Shown here in pieces: positions 21,463-31,212 of a DNA stretch of 64,000 nucleotides. This DNA comes from Candidatus Marinacidobacterales bacterium (lineage in GTDB: Bacteria > Acidobacteriota > Vicinamibacteria > Marinacidobacterales > DATDRI01), in assembly GCA_965226495.1 (NCBI GenBank), contig OZ245365.1, forward strand, positions 1,536,001-1,600,000. The letters are read 5' to 3'. Every line of letters begins with the position of its first letter. Position 1 is the first letter of the stretch. Below the pieces are notes generated by a model. It did not search any database. It worked only from the letters and a program-made list of their open reading frames with translations, and had not been told where the DNA came from. A program made the translations under genes and the position numbers.

Positions 21463-22245
21463 ATGTCCGTCCATTCCACTGCGATCGTGAGTTCCGATAG
21501 CGAGATCGGCTCAAGAATCGAGATCGGTCCACTCGTCATCGTCGAGCCCGGAGTTGTAATAGGCGACGGATGTCGGATCGGGGCTCGCGCGGTGCTCAAG
21601 CGAGGCCTGCGTTTAGGGAAGGACGTAAGGATCTTCGAGGGAGCCGTTCTCGGAGGTGAACCCCAGGATCTGAAATATCGATCGGTCGAGAGTTTCGCGG
21701 AAGTCGGCGACCAGACCGTGATTCGCGAGTACGCTACAGTGCATCGCAGTGGACAAGAGGGCGGTGTTACCAGACTGGGTCGAGATTGTTTCCTCATGGC
21801 CTATGGCCACGTCGCTCACGATTGTGACATTGGGGACGGGGCCATCGTTGCAAGCTACGTTGCATTGGCCGGACACATTCACGTGGGAGCGAAGGCGTTC
21901 ATCTCGGGCGGCGTGGTGGTACATCAGTTTTCTCGAATTGGAGAGCTCGCGATGGTCGGCGGAGGATCGAAGATCAACTTGGACGTGCCGCCCTTTTTTA
22001 CGGTTGACGGTGTGCCCGGTCGCGCGGTGGGCCTCAACTTGGTTGGTTTGCGACGAGCTGGGTTCAGCCCGGATGACATACGGGTTCTCAAGGAGGCGTA
22101 TCGCCTTTTGTATCGAATGAATCTCCAAAGGGAGGAAGCCCTTCGTCGCATTCAGAGTCTGGGTGCCGAGCCCAGCAATCGACTTGCGGAGTTCATCCGG
22201 GCTAGTAAACGTGGAATCTGTGGAGATCGACGCACGCGTCGTTGA
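21463..22245 (+). CDS. lpxA: UDP-N-acetylglucosamine acyltransferase
   Basis: Hexapeptide repeats, PQDLKY, IREYATVHR, HVAHDC, VHQF, DVPPF, GLNLVGLRR. Confidence 0.9.
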   Translation: MSVHSTAIVSSDSEIGSRIEIGPLVIVEPGVVIGDGCRIGARAVLKRGLRLGKDVRIFEGAVLGGEPQDLKYRSVESFAEVGDQTVIREYATVHRSGQEGGVTRLGRDCFLMAYGHVAHDCDIGDGAIVASYVALAGHIHVGAKAFISGGVVVHQFSRIGELAMVGGGSKINLDVPPFFTVDGVPGRAVGLNLVGLRRAGFSPDDIRVLKEAYRLLYRMNLQREEALRRIQSLGAEPSNRLAEFIRASKRGICGDRRTRR

Positions 22246-22311
22246 CCCCTCCTGAGAAACCCCTCCGCTTTGTTGGCTGCTTAACAGGCAGAGCAATTTG
22301 CACGCGATAGC

Positions 22312-22638
22312 ATGTCTGGCATGCACATGGTTGGTGCGGGTCGACATCCTGAGCAGGCTGAGCCGGCTGAACCGGCCGAGCCGGCCGAAGGGGCACAACG
22401 GCATCCCTCGGTCATCCGAAGAACGGTTGACGCGTTGGTGTGCTGGTGGGTGCTCCTCCGTGCCCGCCTCCTGCGCACCGGGCGATCAGACCCTGAAGTC
22501 GAGCTTTGTCTGCAGTTACAGAAGGGGGCCCGCTTTCAGATACGCGGTGGCGAAGTCCATTTCGTCGATTCCGGAGGCCATCGCGCCGACGCAACGGTTT
22601 CGTCGTTTTCGTCAGGCCGGTCGGGAAATGACGAATGA
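22312..22638 (+). CDS. Possible small hypothetical protein with AEP repeats
   Basis: AEP repeats vary only at third codon positions in this frame (GCT GAG CCG GCT GAA CCG GCC GAG CCG GCC GAA); overlaps the 3' end of the TPR gene. Confidence 0.35.
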   Translation: MSGMHMVGAGRHPEQAEPAEPAEPAEGAQRHPSVIRRTVDALVCWWVLLRARLLRTGRSDPEVELCLQLQKGARFQIRGGEVHFVDSGGHRADATVSSFSSGRSGNDE

Positions 22639-25110
22639 GGTGGACTGGGCGATTTCCTTGAGCGCACTCGCTACTTTGTTCTCTTGATCCGAGGCGAGTG
22701 CTCGTCGGTAAGCATCTCGGATGACCCGGTTGACGTCGAACGAGGTGGACACGTTGACGTAAGGCATGGGTAGGACAACCGGCCCGCTTTCTTCTCCCGC
22801 TGGCTTCGTCAGCCCGACTCGGTGAATAGCTTTAAGGTATTCCTGAGCCGCTTTCGGAAAGTCCTTCATTTGGGAGTGAACGAGCCCCAGCGATAGCGCG
22901 ATAGCGGGGTCGGTAGGAGCGAGGAGTTCGGCGGACTCGAGCTCCTTGGCCGCTCCTGCGAAATCCTGCGTCCCAAAACGAGCTTCGGCGAGGCCGAGCC
23001 GAGCCGAAAGGCGATTTCCACCTTGGGCGATGGAGTTCTCGAAGAAGTTGATTGCGTTGAACGCGTCTCCCTCCGCCAGGGAGATCTGTCCGAGAGTCAA
23101 CAAGAGATCGCCCCTCGGAATTTCACTAGCGTCCTGCAAAATCTGTCTCGCCTTGGCGAAGTCTCCTCGATCTCCCCTGGACCGGCCGATTGCCAACCAG
23201 ACTCGGCCGAGGGCCAATTGCGCACGGGGTTGATCGGCATTTGCTTGCAAAGCGGTGATGAGCTCTTTACGAGCGGCTTCGAAACGCCGTCGCTCCAAGT
23301 AGACTTCTCCCAGCAACGTGTGTGCTCGAGCGTCGCCAGGATCGTAGCGCTCGAAGTTCCTCGCGATCTCTTCCGCTCCGTCCAGCTTCCCTTGGCCTAG
23401 GAGAGCGAGTCCGAGCTCGACGAAGTAATCGGCACCCGGATCGAAACGCGCCCTCGCTCCGCGGATCTCGTTTTCGGCTTCCGCGAACCGGCCTATGGAG
23501 TTGAGTAACGCTCCGTAGAGGTAGCGCGCTTCTCCGTGCGATGCGTCGAGACTCAGCGCCGCCTCGAGGTGGGAGACCGCCTCTTCTCGGCGGTCGAGTT
23601 GTACCAGGCTCGTGGCCAGGCGGTAACGGGCGTTCGCGCTGTCTTTGCCGAGCGATATCGATTTGCTATAGACGGTTGCCGCCTCAACGAATCGGCCGCG
23701 TGCGTAGAGTCCGTCCGCCATCTCCTCGAGTATCTCGGGAGAATCAGGAGCGAGCTCTGCGGCGCGAGTTAGATCGTCCAGCCCCTCCTCGCGTCCAGCC
23801 GCCAGCCGCGCCCGACCCCGCCCGAGGTAGGCGAGCACTTCGAACTGGCCAGACCCAAGGATCTGGTCGTAGGCTGCGATGGCGCGATCGAATTGGCCGG
23901 TCGCCGCTAGACTGGCCGCCTTTTGCAGTTGTTCATTCCCGGGGTCCTTGCCCCGGCCCAAGAAAAAGACCATGCCCACCGCGACAAGAATCAGTGCACC
24001 TACTCCACCGAGAACGATCGTGGGAGGGAGTCCTAGCTGTTCCCAAAACGCGCCTCCAGCAAAGTGACGTCGCGACGAGCTGTGGCGTGGCACCGGATGT
24101 TTACGGGCCGCCTCCCCTTCTGCCTCGCTGGCCTCCACCAGTGCGGCCTCTCGCTCTGGCTGTTCGTCGAGTGACTGGTCGACGAGGAGTCCAGCGGAAG
24201 GCGAAGCGGGGCGAGACGTGGTTCCACTCTCCATCAGCGTTAACAAGGAAGCGGGAGGATTCTTAAGAGTGGGTTGCGTATCGGTCGGTTTCAAATTCGG
24301 CGGACCCGACGGATCGGAAGAAAAGGTCGGGCCGATCGTTGTTCCGGAGAGCTGAGGGGAGATATTTTCCGGGTCTTCAATAGCCTGGAGAGCGAGGAGC
24401 AAAGCGTGGGCCTCTTCGGAGCGGTTGCTCGCAAGCAATTGTTGACCCATGGTTAGGAGCTCTTGGAGGTAGTTCGTTCTTCTTTCTGCCGACCGCGAGG
24501 TCGTTAGAAGCACCAGTAGCTGGAAGATGCGGTTCGACGGCTCGGCAGATAGTCCCCGAGCCCAGTTCTGGATGGCTGAGCTCTTCCATCCTCTTGTCAA
24601 CGCTTCAGCACCGGCCCGCAAGCGATCGGACCTGCTGGCGGCTGGAGGAGCCTTTTCCGTGCCGGAGGCGTGCACGATCTCGAGGAGCTCTTGCGCTTCT
24701 GTAAAATTGGGATCTCTGTCTAAGATCTCGCGAAGCTCGCGCTCGGCTAATGCAAAATCCTTTTTGCCCAAGTAGGCGAGCGCTCTCTGCAGCTTCTTTT
24801 CCAAACCGGGAACTTGCGGCTGAGGATCTCCCGAAGGCGGACCCGCCTGTTCTTGGGGCGTGGGCTCAAGGCCTCCTTCCTGGATTTCTCCAAGAATCGT
24901 CGAGTGTTGAACTTCCACGCGACGAACGATTTCCTGGCTATGGGCGAAAATAGGCTTCAAATCTTCGATGGGTACAGCGGTGCGGAAGACGACCTGCCCC
25001 TGATTCGAGACCAGGGTCTCAATCGTCGGGTGGTCTCCGGTGCGCAGCTTGGTGGAAACGCTGAGGGCATCGGAGCCGACGGTCACTTGCGTTGTACGGC
25101 CGACTCCCAT
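22612..25110 (-). CDS. Membrane-anchored TPR-repeat protein
   Basis: Small N-terminal domain, TPRs, Pro/Ser linker, one TM (IVLGGVGALILVAVGMVFFL), then about 10 TPRs. Confidence 0.85.
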   Translation of the reverse strand: MGVGRTTQVTVGSDALSVSTKLRTGDHPTIETLVSNQGQVVFRTAVPIEDLKPIFAHSQEIVRRVEVQHSTILGEIQEGGLEPTPQEQAGPPSGDPQPQVPGLEKKLQRALAYLGKKDFALAERELREILDRDPNFTEAQELLEIVHASGTEKAPPAASRSDRLRAGAEALTRGWKSSAIQNWARGLSAEPSNRIFQLLVLLTTSRSAERRTNYLQELLTMGQQLLASNRSEEAHALLLALQAIEDPENISPQLSGTTIGPTFSSDPSGPPNLKPTDTQPTLKNPPASLLTLMESGTTSRPASPSAGLLVDQSLDEQPEREAALVEASEAEGEAARKHPVPRHSSSRRHFAGGAFWEQLGLPPTIVLGGVGALILVAVGMVFFLGRGKDPGNEQLQKAASLAATGQFDRAIAAYDQILGSGQFEVLAYLGRGRARLAAGREEGLDDLTRAAELAPDSPEILEEMADGLYARGRFVEAATVYSKSISLGKDSANARYRLATSLVQLDRREEAVSHLEAALSLDASHGEARYLYGALLNSIGRFAEAENEIRGARARFDPGADYFVELGLALLGQGKLDGAEEIARNFERYDPGDARAHTLLGEVYLERRRFEAARKELITALQANADQPRAQLALGRVWLAIGRSRGDRGDFAKARQILQDASEIPRGDLLLTLGQISLAEGDAFNAINFFENSIAQGGNRLSARLGLAEARFGTQDFAGAAKELESAELLAPTDPAIALSLGLVHSQMKDFPKAAQEYLKAIHRVGLTKPAGEESGPVVLPMPYVNVSTSFDVNRVIRDAYRRALASDQENKVASALKEIAQSTSFVISRPA

Positions 25111-25361
25111 TTGTTCTTGCTATTCGATTTTTTGGACGCGCTTACTCGAAGTATACAGTAAGGAGGCGGGATTCGGCCACTCGAAGGCGGGCCTCTATGG
25201 GACGGTGCGTCAACCGTGTCGGGGGTAGGCCCGTCGGACACCCACCTGAGCAGCCAAGCCTCTTGCGCAAATGGTCGCTCCCTTGGTAGCATGGAACGAT
25301 AGACCTACAACTAAATAGGGATAACTTGGGTGGCGGGCACCTGCGCCATCGGAGGGAGGAG

Positions 25362-26867
25362 ATGGCTACCAACGCTGAGGCCTTCGCCGAAGTTGGGCTG
25401 GGCGAGCTGCTGGAACTCGAGACGTCGGTTCTCCAGACACTGTGTCTGACCGTCAACACGGCGGGCTCCGAGATCAAGTACAAGATCCTGGACGTCCTTA
25501 CCAGCCACGACTTCTATTTTCCAGTGAACGGGTCGATCTTCGAGGCCTTGGAGGACATGCATCGTAAGGGAGACTACATCGTCCATAGCAATTTGGACGA
25601 GGAGCTCCGGGGGCGATCGGTCGACTATCCGGAAGGCTTCTACTTGGAGGATCTGTTCAACGGCGAGCTTCCCCCGATTCAAGAACTGGAGCAAAGTGTC
25701 TCGAAGGTAAAGGAACGTTCGTCCTTGGATCTTCCGCCGCGGCCCGATGAGGCGGAGGCGGAGGCGGAGGCGGAGACGAATCCGAGGTTCACGGTCGCGG
25801 AGCGGCGTCCTGCTAAACCGTCGGTCACGGCCCAAGCGCCTAAGGACCCGAAGCCCGACCCCAGTCAGACTCAGGTCAATATTGGCGCGAACGCTGCGAG
25901 AAAGAACAAAGAGCCCGATGTGCAGCGCGACCCATCGTTGACGAACGCAAAGAGAGCTGCGCCCGCCCTCGCTAAAAGCGATCCCGCTGTAAGTAGGGCC
26001 AAAAGTGATCCTAAAAGCGATCCCGCTGTAAGTAGGGCCAAAAGTGATCCGGGGATAGGCAGGCCCAAGAGTAGACCCCCCTTGGCCAAGAGCAGCCCTC
26101 TCGTTCTGGCGTCAGAAGGCACCGAGCTCGGCAACTATCTGGAAGAGCTGGGATCGAAACAAGGAAAGACGCTTGAAAGCGGATTTGCTTCTCTGGATGA
26201 GGCGACGGAGGGGCTGGGCCCCGGGGTCATGCTGGTTGTCGATGACGAGCCCGATCGGCTCTCTGGTTTTCTCAAGCAGCTCACCGATCAGATCGCCGAA
26301 GGCGCTCGCGTGCCCTGCCTTTATGTGTCTTTCCGCCTTTCCAAGGATGTGTTGCGAGTCCGTACGTTGGCGCGTTTGTCCGGAGTTTCTGCTCGGGACA
26401 TCGAGAAGGGCCGCCTCAAGAAGGACTCGTCCGAGTGGAAAAAGATCGAGACAAGCGGAAAACAAGCCTCTCCTTGGATGAAGCGGGTCTTCGTGGTCGA
26501 GGCCGGCAGCGAGACGAACATCGGCCTGATCCGCAAGATGTGCCGGCAGCTTTTGGAGTCGAGCGGGGGTGCTATCTGCGCTCTGTTCGTGGACGGCATC
26601 GAGTCCCTAGGCAAAAATGGAGAGACGGTTACTTCTTGCGCGAAAGGTCTAAAAGAGCTCAGCGAATCGATGGACGTGGTGGTGATCGCAGGGGCCAAGG
26701 GGGCCGAGCCCTTGACCGATCCTTCTATAGACTTTGCTGGGGTGCTGCGCGACGGCAAGGGCGGAATGATGACATTCGAACTGCTAGCGGCTGGCGAAAG
26801 TGAACCACAGCTTTTGTCATTCGAATACCTACCAAGCCTCCATCGTTTTATTGATCGGAGTAAGTAG
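25362..26867 (+). CDS. DnaB-like protein with degenerate ATPase motifs and low-complexity linker
   Basis: N-terminal 'LTSHDFYFPVNGSIFEALEDM' resembles DnaB-N; C-terminal 'SGFASLDEATEGLGPG' resembles DnaB-C but lacks GKT; strong GGAGGGAGG RBS. Confidence 0.75.
   Translation: MATNAEAFAEVGLGELLELETSVLQTLCLTVNTAGSEIKYKILDVLTSHDFYFPVNGSIFEALEDMHRKGDYIVHSNLDEELRGRSVDYPEGFYLEDLFNGELPPIQELEQSVSKVKERSSLDLPPRPDEAEAEAEAETNPRFTVAERRPAKPSVTAQAPKDPKPDPSQTQVNIGANAARKNKEPDVQRDPSLTNAKRAAPALAKSDPAVSRAKSDPKSDPAVSRAKSDPGIGRPKSRPPLAKSSPLVLASEGTELGNYLEELGSKQGKTLESGFASLDEATEGLGPGVMLVVDDEPDRLSGFLKQLTDQIAEGARVPCLYVSFRLSKDVLRVRTLARLSGVSARDIEKGRLKKDSSEWKKIETSGKQASPWMKRVFVVEAGSETNIGLIRKMCRQLLESSGGAICALFVDGIESLGKNGETVTSCAKGLKELSESMDVVVIAGAKGAEPLTDPSIDFAGVLRDGKGGMMTFELLAAGESEPQLLSFEYLPSLHRFIDRSK
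25972..26050 (+). repeat. Exact 39-bp in-frame tandem duplication (KSDPAVSRAKSDP x2)
   Basis: CTAAAAGCGATCCCGCTGTAAGTAGGGCCAAAAGTGATC occurs twice; also (GAGGCG)4 at 25749-25772. Confidence 0.9.
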
Positions 26868-26886
26868 TAGTTCCTGCCGGCGTCAC

Positions 26887-27963
26887 TCAACGTTGGTCTT
26901 TTCGGGCAGCGCGGATCAACGCATTTACCAGACGTTCGTTCTGGTCGGGGCGGCCAATTGCGATTCGCAACACACCTTCCAACCCCGTGTCATGACTGCG
27001 ATCGCTTACGATGATCCCCTGCTTAGCAAGCGTAGCGGCCAGTTCGGGGCTGTCATGCCCGGCGCGCAGCAGAAAGAAGTTGGTACGGGTGGACATCGCG
27101 TCGAATCCCAAGCCCCGCAGTGCCCCCACCAGCGACGACATCTCCTTCCGCACCAGCTGGACATGTGCGCGAAGGAAGTCTGGGTCCTCTAGCGCGGCAC
27201 ACGCTGCCACCAAGGCGGGCGTGCTCACTGAAAATGGCGTTCGGACCTTTAGCAGCGAGGCGACGACCTCTGCGTGCGCGACCACGAAGGCTACTCGTAA
27301 ACCTGCGAGGCCATATGCTTTGGAGAAGGTGCGCACGACGGCGAGGTTTGCCGGCCGGGAGCGAATAGAGAGGGTCGTCTCGCCGTGGTACTCCACGTAG
27401 GCCTCGTCGCAAACGACGAGCGTGTCGGGGGCCGCGCTGCAAAGCTTGGCGATCCAATCGATCTCCACCGCCGTGCCGGTGGGGTTATTAGGGTTCACGA
27501 TGATCGCCATCCGTGGTCGTGCCGCCATCGCTTCCAAGAACTCTTTCCGGGGGAACTGCAGGTCTTGCCGGTATGGAACGCGCTGGATGGTCTCCCCGGT
27601 CGTTTCGGCTTCGCTCAGAAACGTCACAAAGGTCGGATCGGGAAGCACCACCGTATCGTGCGGCTCTCTAAACACTTCGAACAGGAGAGAAATGCCTTCA
27701 TCTGCCCCTGCGGTGATCAGGATTTCGTCGGTCGGAATGTGCAAACGCTCGGAGAGCAGGTCGAGCAGCTGTTCATGGAACCCATAAAGCGACAAGGCTC
27801 GGCCATCATCTTCCAACAAAGGCAAGAGGGCGGCGAGAACCCGAGGCGAGGGGCCCCATTGGTTTTCGTTCATGTCCAAGCGGAGCTTGCCTTCTCGATG
27901 ATGGTCCGGGATCTCGACCGGTCGAGCGGCAGCGATGAGAGGGCGCGGAGGCGGAGGCTTCAC
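26887..27963 (-). CDS. hisC: Histidinol-phosphate aminotransferase family
   Basis: LDMNEN, NPNNPTG, DEAYVEY, RTFSKAYGLAGLR. Confidence 0.85.
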   Translation of the reverse strand: MKPPPPRPLIAAARPVEIPDHHREGKLRLDMNENQWGPSPRVLAALLPLLEDDGRALSLYGFHEQLLDLLSERLHIPTDEILITAGADEGISLLFEVFREPHDTVVLPDPTFVTFLSEAETTGETIQRVPYRQDLQFPRKEFLEAMAARPRMAIIVNPNNPTGTAVEIDWIAKLCSAAPDTLVVCDEAYVEYHGETTLSIRSRPANLAVVRTFSKAYGLAGLRVAFVVAHAEVVASLLKVRTPFSVSTPALVAACAALEDPDFLRAHVQLVRKEMSSLVGALRGLGFDAMSTRTNFFLLRAGHDSPELAATLAKQGIIVSDRSHDTGLEGVLRIAIGRPDQNERLVNALIRAARKDQR

Positions 27964-28315
27964 TTCATGGGCCGTCTTTCCCGAGGAAGTGCTTAGATCT
28001 AGTTGCGTCGAAACTCACGACCGGTTCGTCCCCGACGGCGAGCTTGCTCTCGATTAGTTCGCCCCACTCCGGCTGCCAATTGTGCCACACGATGTTCCCT
28101 GCTAATCTGATTCTACTCCCAACGTTTCCTTGAGGTTCGTTGATGAAGCCCGTTCGTCCTTTGAGTCCCGGCAAGTTCCTGCGCCGGGAGCCCGATTGGG
28201 ACGCGATACGGCGGCTGCTGGAGCGACCGGTCGCGAAATGCTGTGCGTCGGAACCGCCATGCGAACTTTGTCCCTCCGCTCAACATTCCTCGTCGAAAGA
28301 GTCGCGGTCCGGCAA

Positions 28316-28798
28316 CTAGCGTTTGTAGCCGATGTCGCGGAGGAATTCCTTCCTCTTCTCGACGTCTTCATCTCTCTCGATGCCTAGGGGGGATGCTCCG
28401 TCAACCACACCGAGGATGGCTCGCCCCTCGCCGGCCGGTGCAACGAGAACCGTAACCGGGTTAGCCGTCGCACAATAGATTCCGCACACTTCTGGACATT
28501 CACGAATGCGTGGCAGGACGTTGATCGGATAGGCCTTCCTCATGATCAAGAGAAAGCAATGCCCGGCGGCAAGCGCCATCACGTTTTTGATCGCGAGCTG
28601 CTTGAGCTCTTCGTCATTCCCTTCGGCTCGTACTAGGCGGGGGCCGGAGGCTTCGCTAAAGGCGACTCCGAACGGAGCTCCCGGCACCGTCGTCACCATG
28701 ATCTCGTAGAGATCTTCTACGGTCTTGATGAAGTGCGATTGTCCGAGGATGATGTTCGTGTCGGAAGGGAACTCTAGTCTAACGTTTTGGATTTCCAA
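28316..28798 (-). CDS. Adenosine-specific kinase family (DUF355) protein
   Basis: NIILGQSHFIKTVEDL, AFSEASGPRLVR, AAGH, YPINVL, CATANP, GVVDG, IGYKR. Confidence 0.88.
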   Translation of the reverse strand: MEIQNVRLEFPSDTNIILGQSHFIKTVEDLYEIMVTTVPGAPFGVAFSEASGPRLVRAEGNDEELKQLAIKNVMALAAGHCFLLIMRKAYPINVLPRIRECPEVCGIYCATANPVTVLVAPAGEGRAILGVVDGASPLGIERDEDVEKRKEFLRDIGYKR

Positions 28799-28872
28799 CG
28801 CGGCACTCCATGAGTTCAGCAACCACCGCTCTTGCCTGGCAGGAGCGAGGCCTCAGTCTAGTTGGAACGGAA

Positions 28873-29295
28873 CTAGGAAGTCTTTTCGCGGCGGCCTTTT
28901 TTCCCGGCGCCCGCTTTTTCGGCGGCGATCAGTATCTTTTCTCGAAGAATTAGGCGGGCGCGTCTCTCCTCGCCGGTGATGAAGCTGTAGACTTCTTTAG
29001 TTACGTGCTGAAGCAGTGCAACCTCCGGTTGGTCTACCTCGAGGACGATGAGGCCACCGCCGCCCGCGGTGGGACGGCTGAAGTCGATGTCCAGCAATTT
29101 ATCTCGGAGCGAGAGCCGCGCAGCGCGTTCCTTGACGGAGGATGGTTCGAATTCTCGCTTGGTAATCTTTCTGAGAAAATCGACCTCGCCGTAGGAAAAC
29201 ACTATTTCCACGGACTTGGCACGGTTCGGCTGTGCCGCAGGTTTGCTCTTACGGCTCGTTTTGCTACGGGTCGCTTTCTTCGTTTTCCTCGCCAC
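28873..29295 (-). CDS. Hypothetical protein with Lys/Arg-rich N-terminus
   Basis: 140-aa ORF in a co-oriented run; GAAAGG RBS; weak internal repeat (E..FL..IT....RL.LR.K.L). Confidence 0.6.
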   Translation of the reverse strand: MARKTKKATRSKTSRKSKPAAQPNRAKSVEIVFSYGEVDFLRKITKREFEPSSVKERAARLSLRDKLLDIDFSRPTAGGGGLIVLEVDQPEVALLQHVTKEVYSFITGEERRARLILREKILIAAEKAGAGKKGRREKTS

Positions 29296-29413
29296 GATTC
29301 ACCTTTCTCGCGGATGTTGATCCCCTGTTGCTCCGGTTGCAGACGCTCGGTCAGGGTAGGAGCTCTTGACCGCAAGCACAAGGGGCGCGACGGTTTCTCC
29401 CGAAAACCCGCCC

Positions 29414-29749
29414 CTAGCTCTCCTTGGTGTTCGACTCACCAATCTCCACGTCACCGTCCAGGGTCGCTCCTTCTTTGACGGTGAGCGTCTTGGCGCGAAA
29501 GGTGCCGGAAGCACGTCCCTGTTCCAAGAGTTGGAGTGAATCGGCTTGCACCTCTCCCTGAAAGCGGCCATCGATTTCGACCCGGTTGGCCTTGATCTTG
29601 GCGTCGATGTCGGAGCCGTCCACGATACGTAGCACACCCGAGGCTCGCAGATTTCCTTTGAATCGTCCGCGGATCGTGATGTTACTACCCTCGAGCTTGC
29701 CCTCGAAGCGGGCGTTGCGGTCGAGAATGGTTTCTTTATCGTCGTCCAC
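29414..29749 (-). CDS. Bactofilin (polymer-forming cytoskeletal protein)
   Basis: TILDRNARFEGKL...ITIRGRFKGNL...IDGRFQGEV...EGATLDGDV beta-helix repeats. Confidence 0.88.
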   Translation of the reverse strand: MDDDKETILDRNARFEGKLEGSNITIRGRFKGNLRASGVLRIVDGSDIDAKIKANRVEIDGRFQGEVQADSLQLLEQGRASGTFRAKTLTVKEGATLDGDVEIGESNTKES

Positions 29750-29943
29750 GGGTACACTCCGGAAGGGTCGGTCAACAGAGTCCCTTCACGAGAGAATAGG
29801 GTCCAAAACTCGATGGATATCATTGCGCGCCTTGCGAGCGCTATGAAGAAAAATGATACCTTGCCCTCGAAAACGTGTCAATTCGTGCGTTCGGGCGTCT
29901 CGGTGTCGCGAGAGTTCCCTCGGCAGGTTTTCTTGAACGGAAC

Positions 29944-30465
29944 TCAGTCGCTCGACTCCAGTGAGCCGGTGCGTACGAAACGCTCCACGTCCTCGCTGAG
30001 TCGATCGCCCACGGCGCCGAAGTACTTCTTGACGATGTAACCATCCTTGCCGATCAAGTACTTGGTGGGATAGCCGAGAAAGGGTCCGAACGCCTCCTTG
30101 GTACCCTCCTCGCCGAGTAGGTTGGGGTAGGTAACGCTCTGCTCCCTAATGAACTCCTCGATGTCTTTCCTATCTCCTGATTCCAGCACGATCCCCAACA
30201 TGAGGAACTCGTTCGGATCGAAGGAATCGGCGAGCTCTTGCAGATGGGGCAGCTCGGCTAGACAGGGAGCGCACCATGTGGCCCAAAGGTCTACTAACAC
30301 CACCGCCCCCTTATGATCTGCCAACGATAGCGTCCCTGTGTCGTTGAGCCTCTCCAAGACGAGATCAGGGGCCGGCCGGGGTTTCTCATCGACCGGGGGG
30401 GCCTGACAGGACTGACAGGCCCCCGCGACTAGTCCAACTGCCGCCAGCCAACTAAGCGCTCGCAT
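29944..30465 (-). CDS. TlpA/ResA-like thiol-disulfide reductase lipoprotein
   Basis: DLWATWCAPC, YPTKYLIGKDG; lipobox AGAC. Confidence 0.9.
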   Translation of the reverse strand: MRALSWLAAVGLVAGACQSCQAPPVDEKPRPAPDLVLERLNDTGTLSLADHKGAVVLVDLWATWCAPCLAELPHLQELADSFDPNEFLMLGIVLESGDRKDIEEFIREQSVTYPNLLGEEGTKEAFGPFLGYPTKYLIGKDGYIVKKYFGAVGDRLSEDVERFVRTGSLESSD

Positions 30466-30526
30466 ATTTGCGCTCCTCCGTAGCGTTGATTTCCGAGGGG
30501 CGAAGGGCTAGGCTCTCCGCAGATTG

Positions 30527-31195
30527 ATGCCCCGCAAGTCGACCCTCCGCCAGTACCTCGAGTCGCTTCTTCTCTCGGTCGTGGTGGTTCTTTTCATTAG
30601 GGTCTTCTTGGGGGAGGCGGTGCAGATCCCGACCGGAAGCATGGAGGATACCCTGTTGCCGGGCGACCACCTCCTCATCAACAAATTCGCGTTTCGCTGG
30701 TACGGAGGCCAAGAGCCCGTTCGGTTCCTTCCCTTCGCCGAAGTCGTACGGAAGGACGTCGTCGTGTTCAAACACTGGGAGGCCGCTTCCGAACCCGCCT
30801 ACTACGTCAAACGGGTGGTAGCTTTGCCCGGTGAAACCGTCGAGATCTTGGAGAAACAAGTCTTCATCGATGGGGCGCCGCTTGATGAGCCTTATGCGGT
30901 TTTCAAAGAACCGACCAGAAGAGATCTGAGTCCGCGCGATAACTACGGCGCGGTCACCGTTCCTGGGGGTCACTTTTTCGTTCTCGGAGACAATCGGGAT
31001 CGAAGTTACGATAGTCGCTTCTGGGGGTTCCTCGCGCGAGACAAGATCGTTGGCAAACCACTCTTTGTGTGGTGGTCGATCGACGTGGCCAGGGGAGAGC
31101 ATTTGCCCATCGGCTTCACCGACCGCCTGGGCGGCATATTCACGCGCTTCTTCCGAGACACGCGGTGGGGCCGCACCGGCAAAGTGATCGGCTAA
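30527..31195 (+). CDS. lepB: Signal peptidase I
   Basis: IPTGSMEDTL (Ser), YVKRVVALPGE (Lys), GDNRDRSYDSRFWG. Confidence 0.93.
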   Translation: MPRKSTLRQYLESLLLSVVVVLFIRVFLGEAVQIPTGSMEDTLLPGDHLLINKFAFRWYGGQEPVRFLPFAEVVRKDVVVFKHWEAASEPAYYVKRVVALPGETVEILEKQVFIDGAPLDEPYAVFKEPTRRDLSPRDNYGAVTVPGGHFFVLGDNRDRSYDSRFWGFLARDKIVGKPLFVWWSIDVARGEHLPIGFTDRLGGIFTRFFRDTRWGRTGKVIG

Positions 31196-31212
31196 GAAGC
31201 ATCGTATCAACA

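Noticed and set aside
27965-28290. Small ORFs between the DUF355 gene and hisC
   Set aside because: All three minus-strand frames give 50-70 aa ORFs with no recognisable motif; I cannot choose one or support a His leader peptide.
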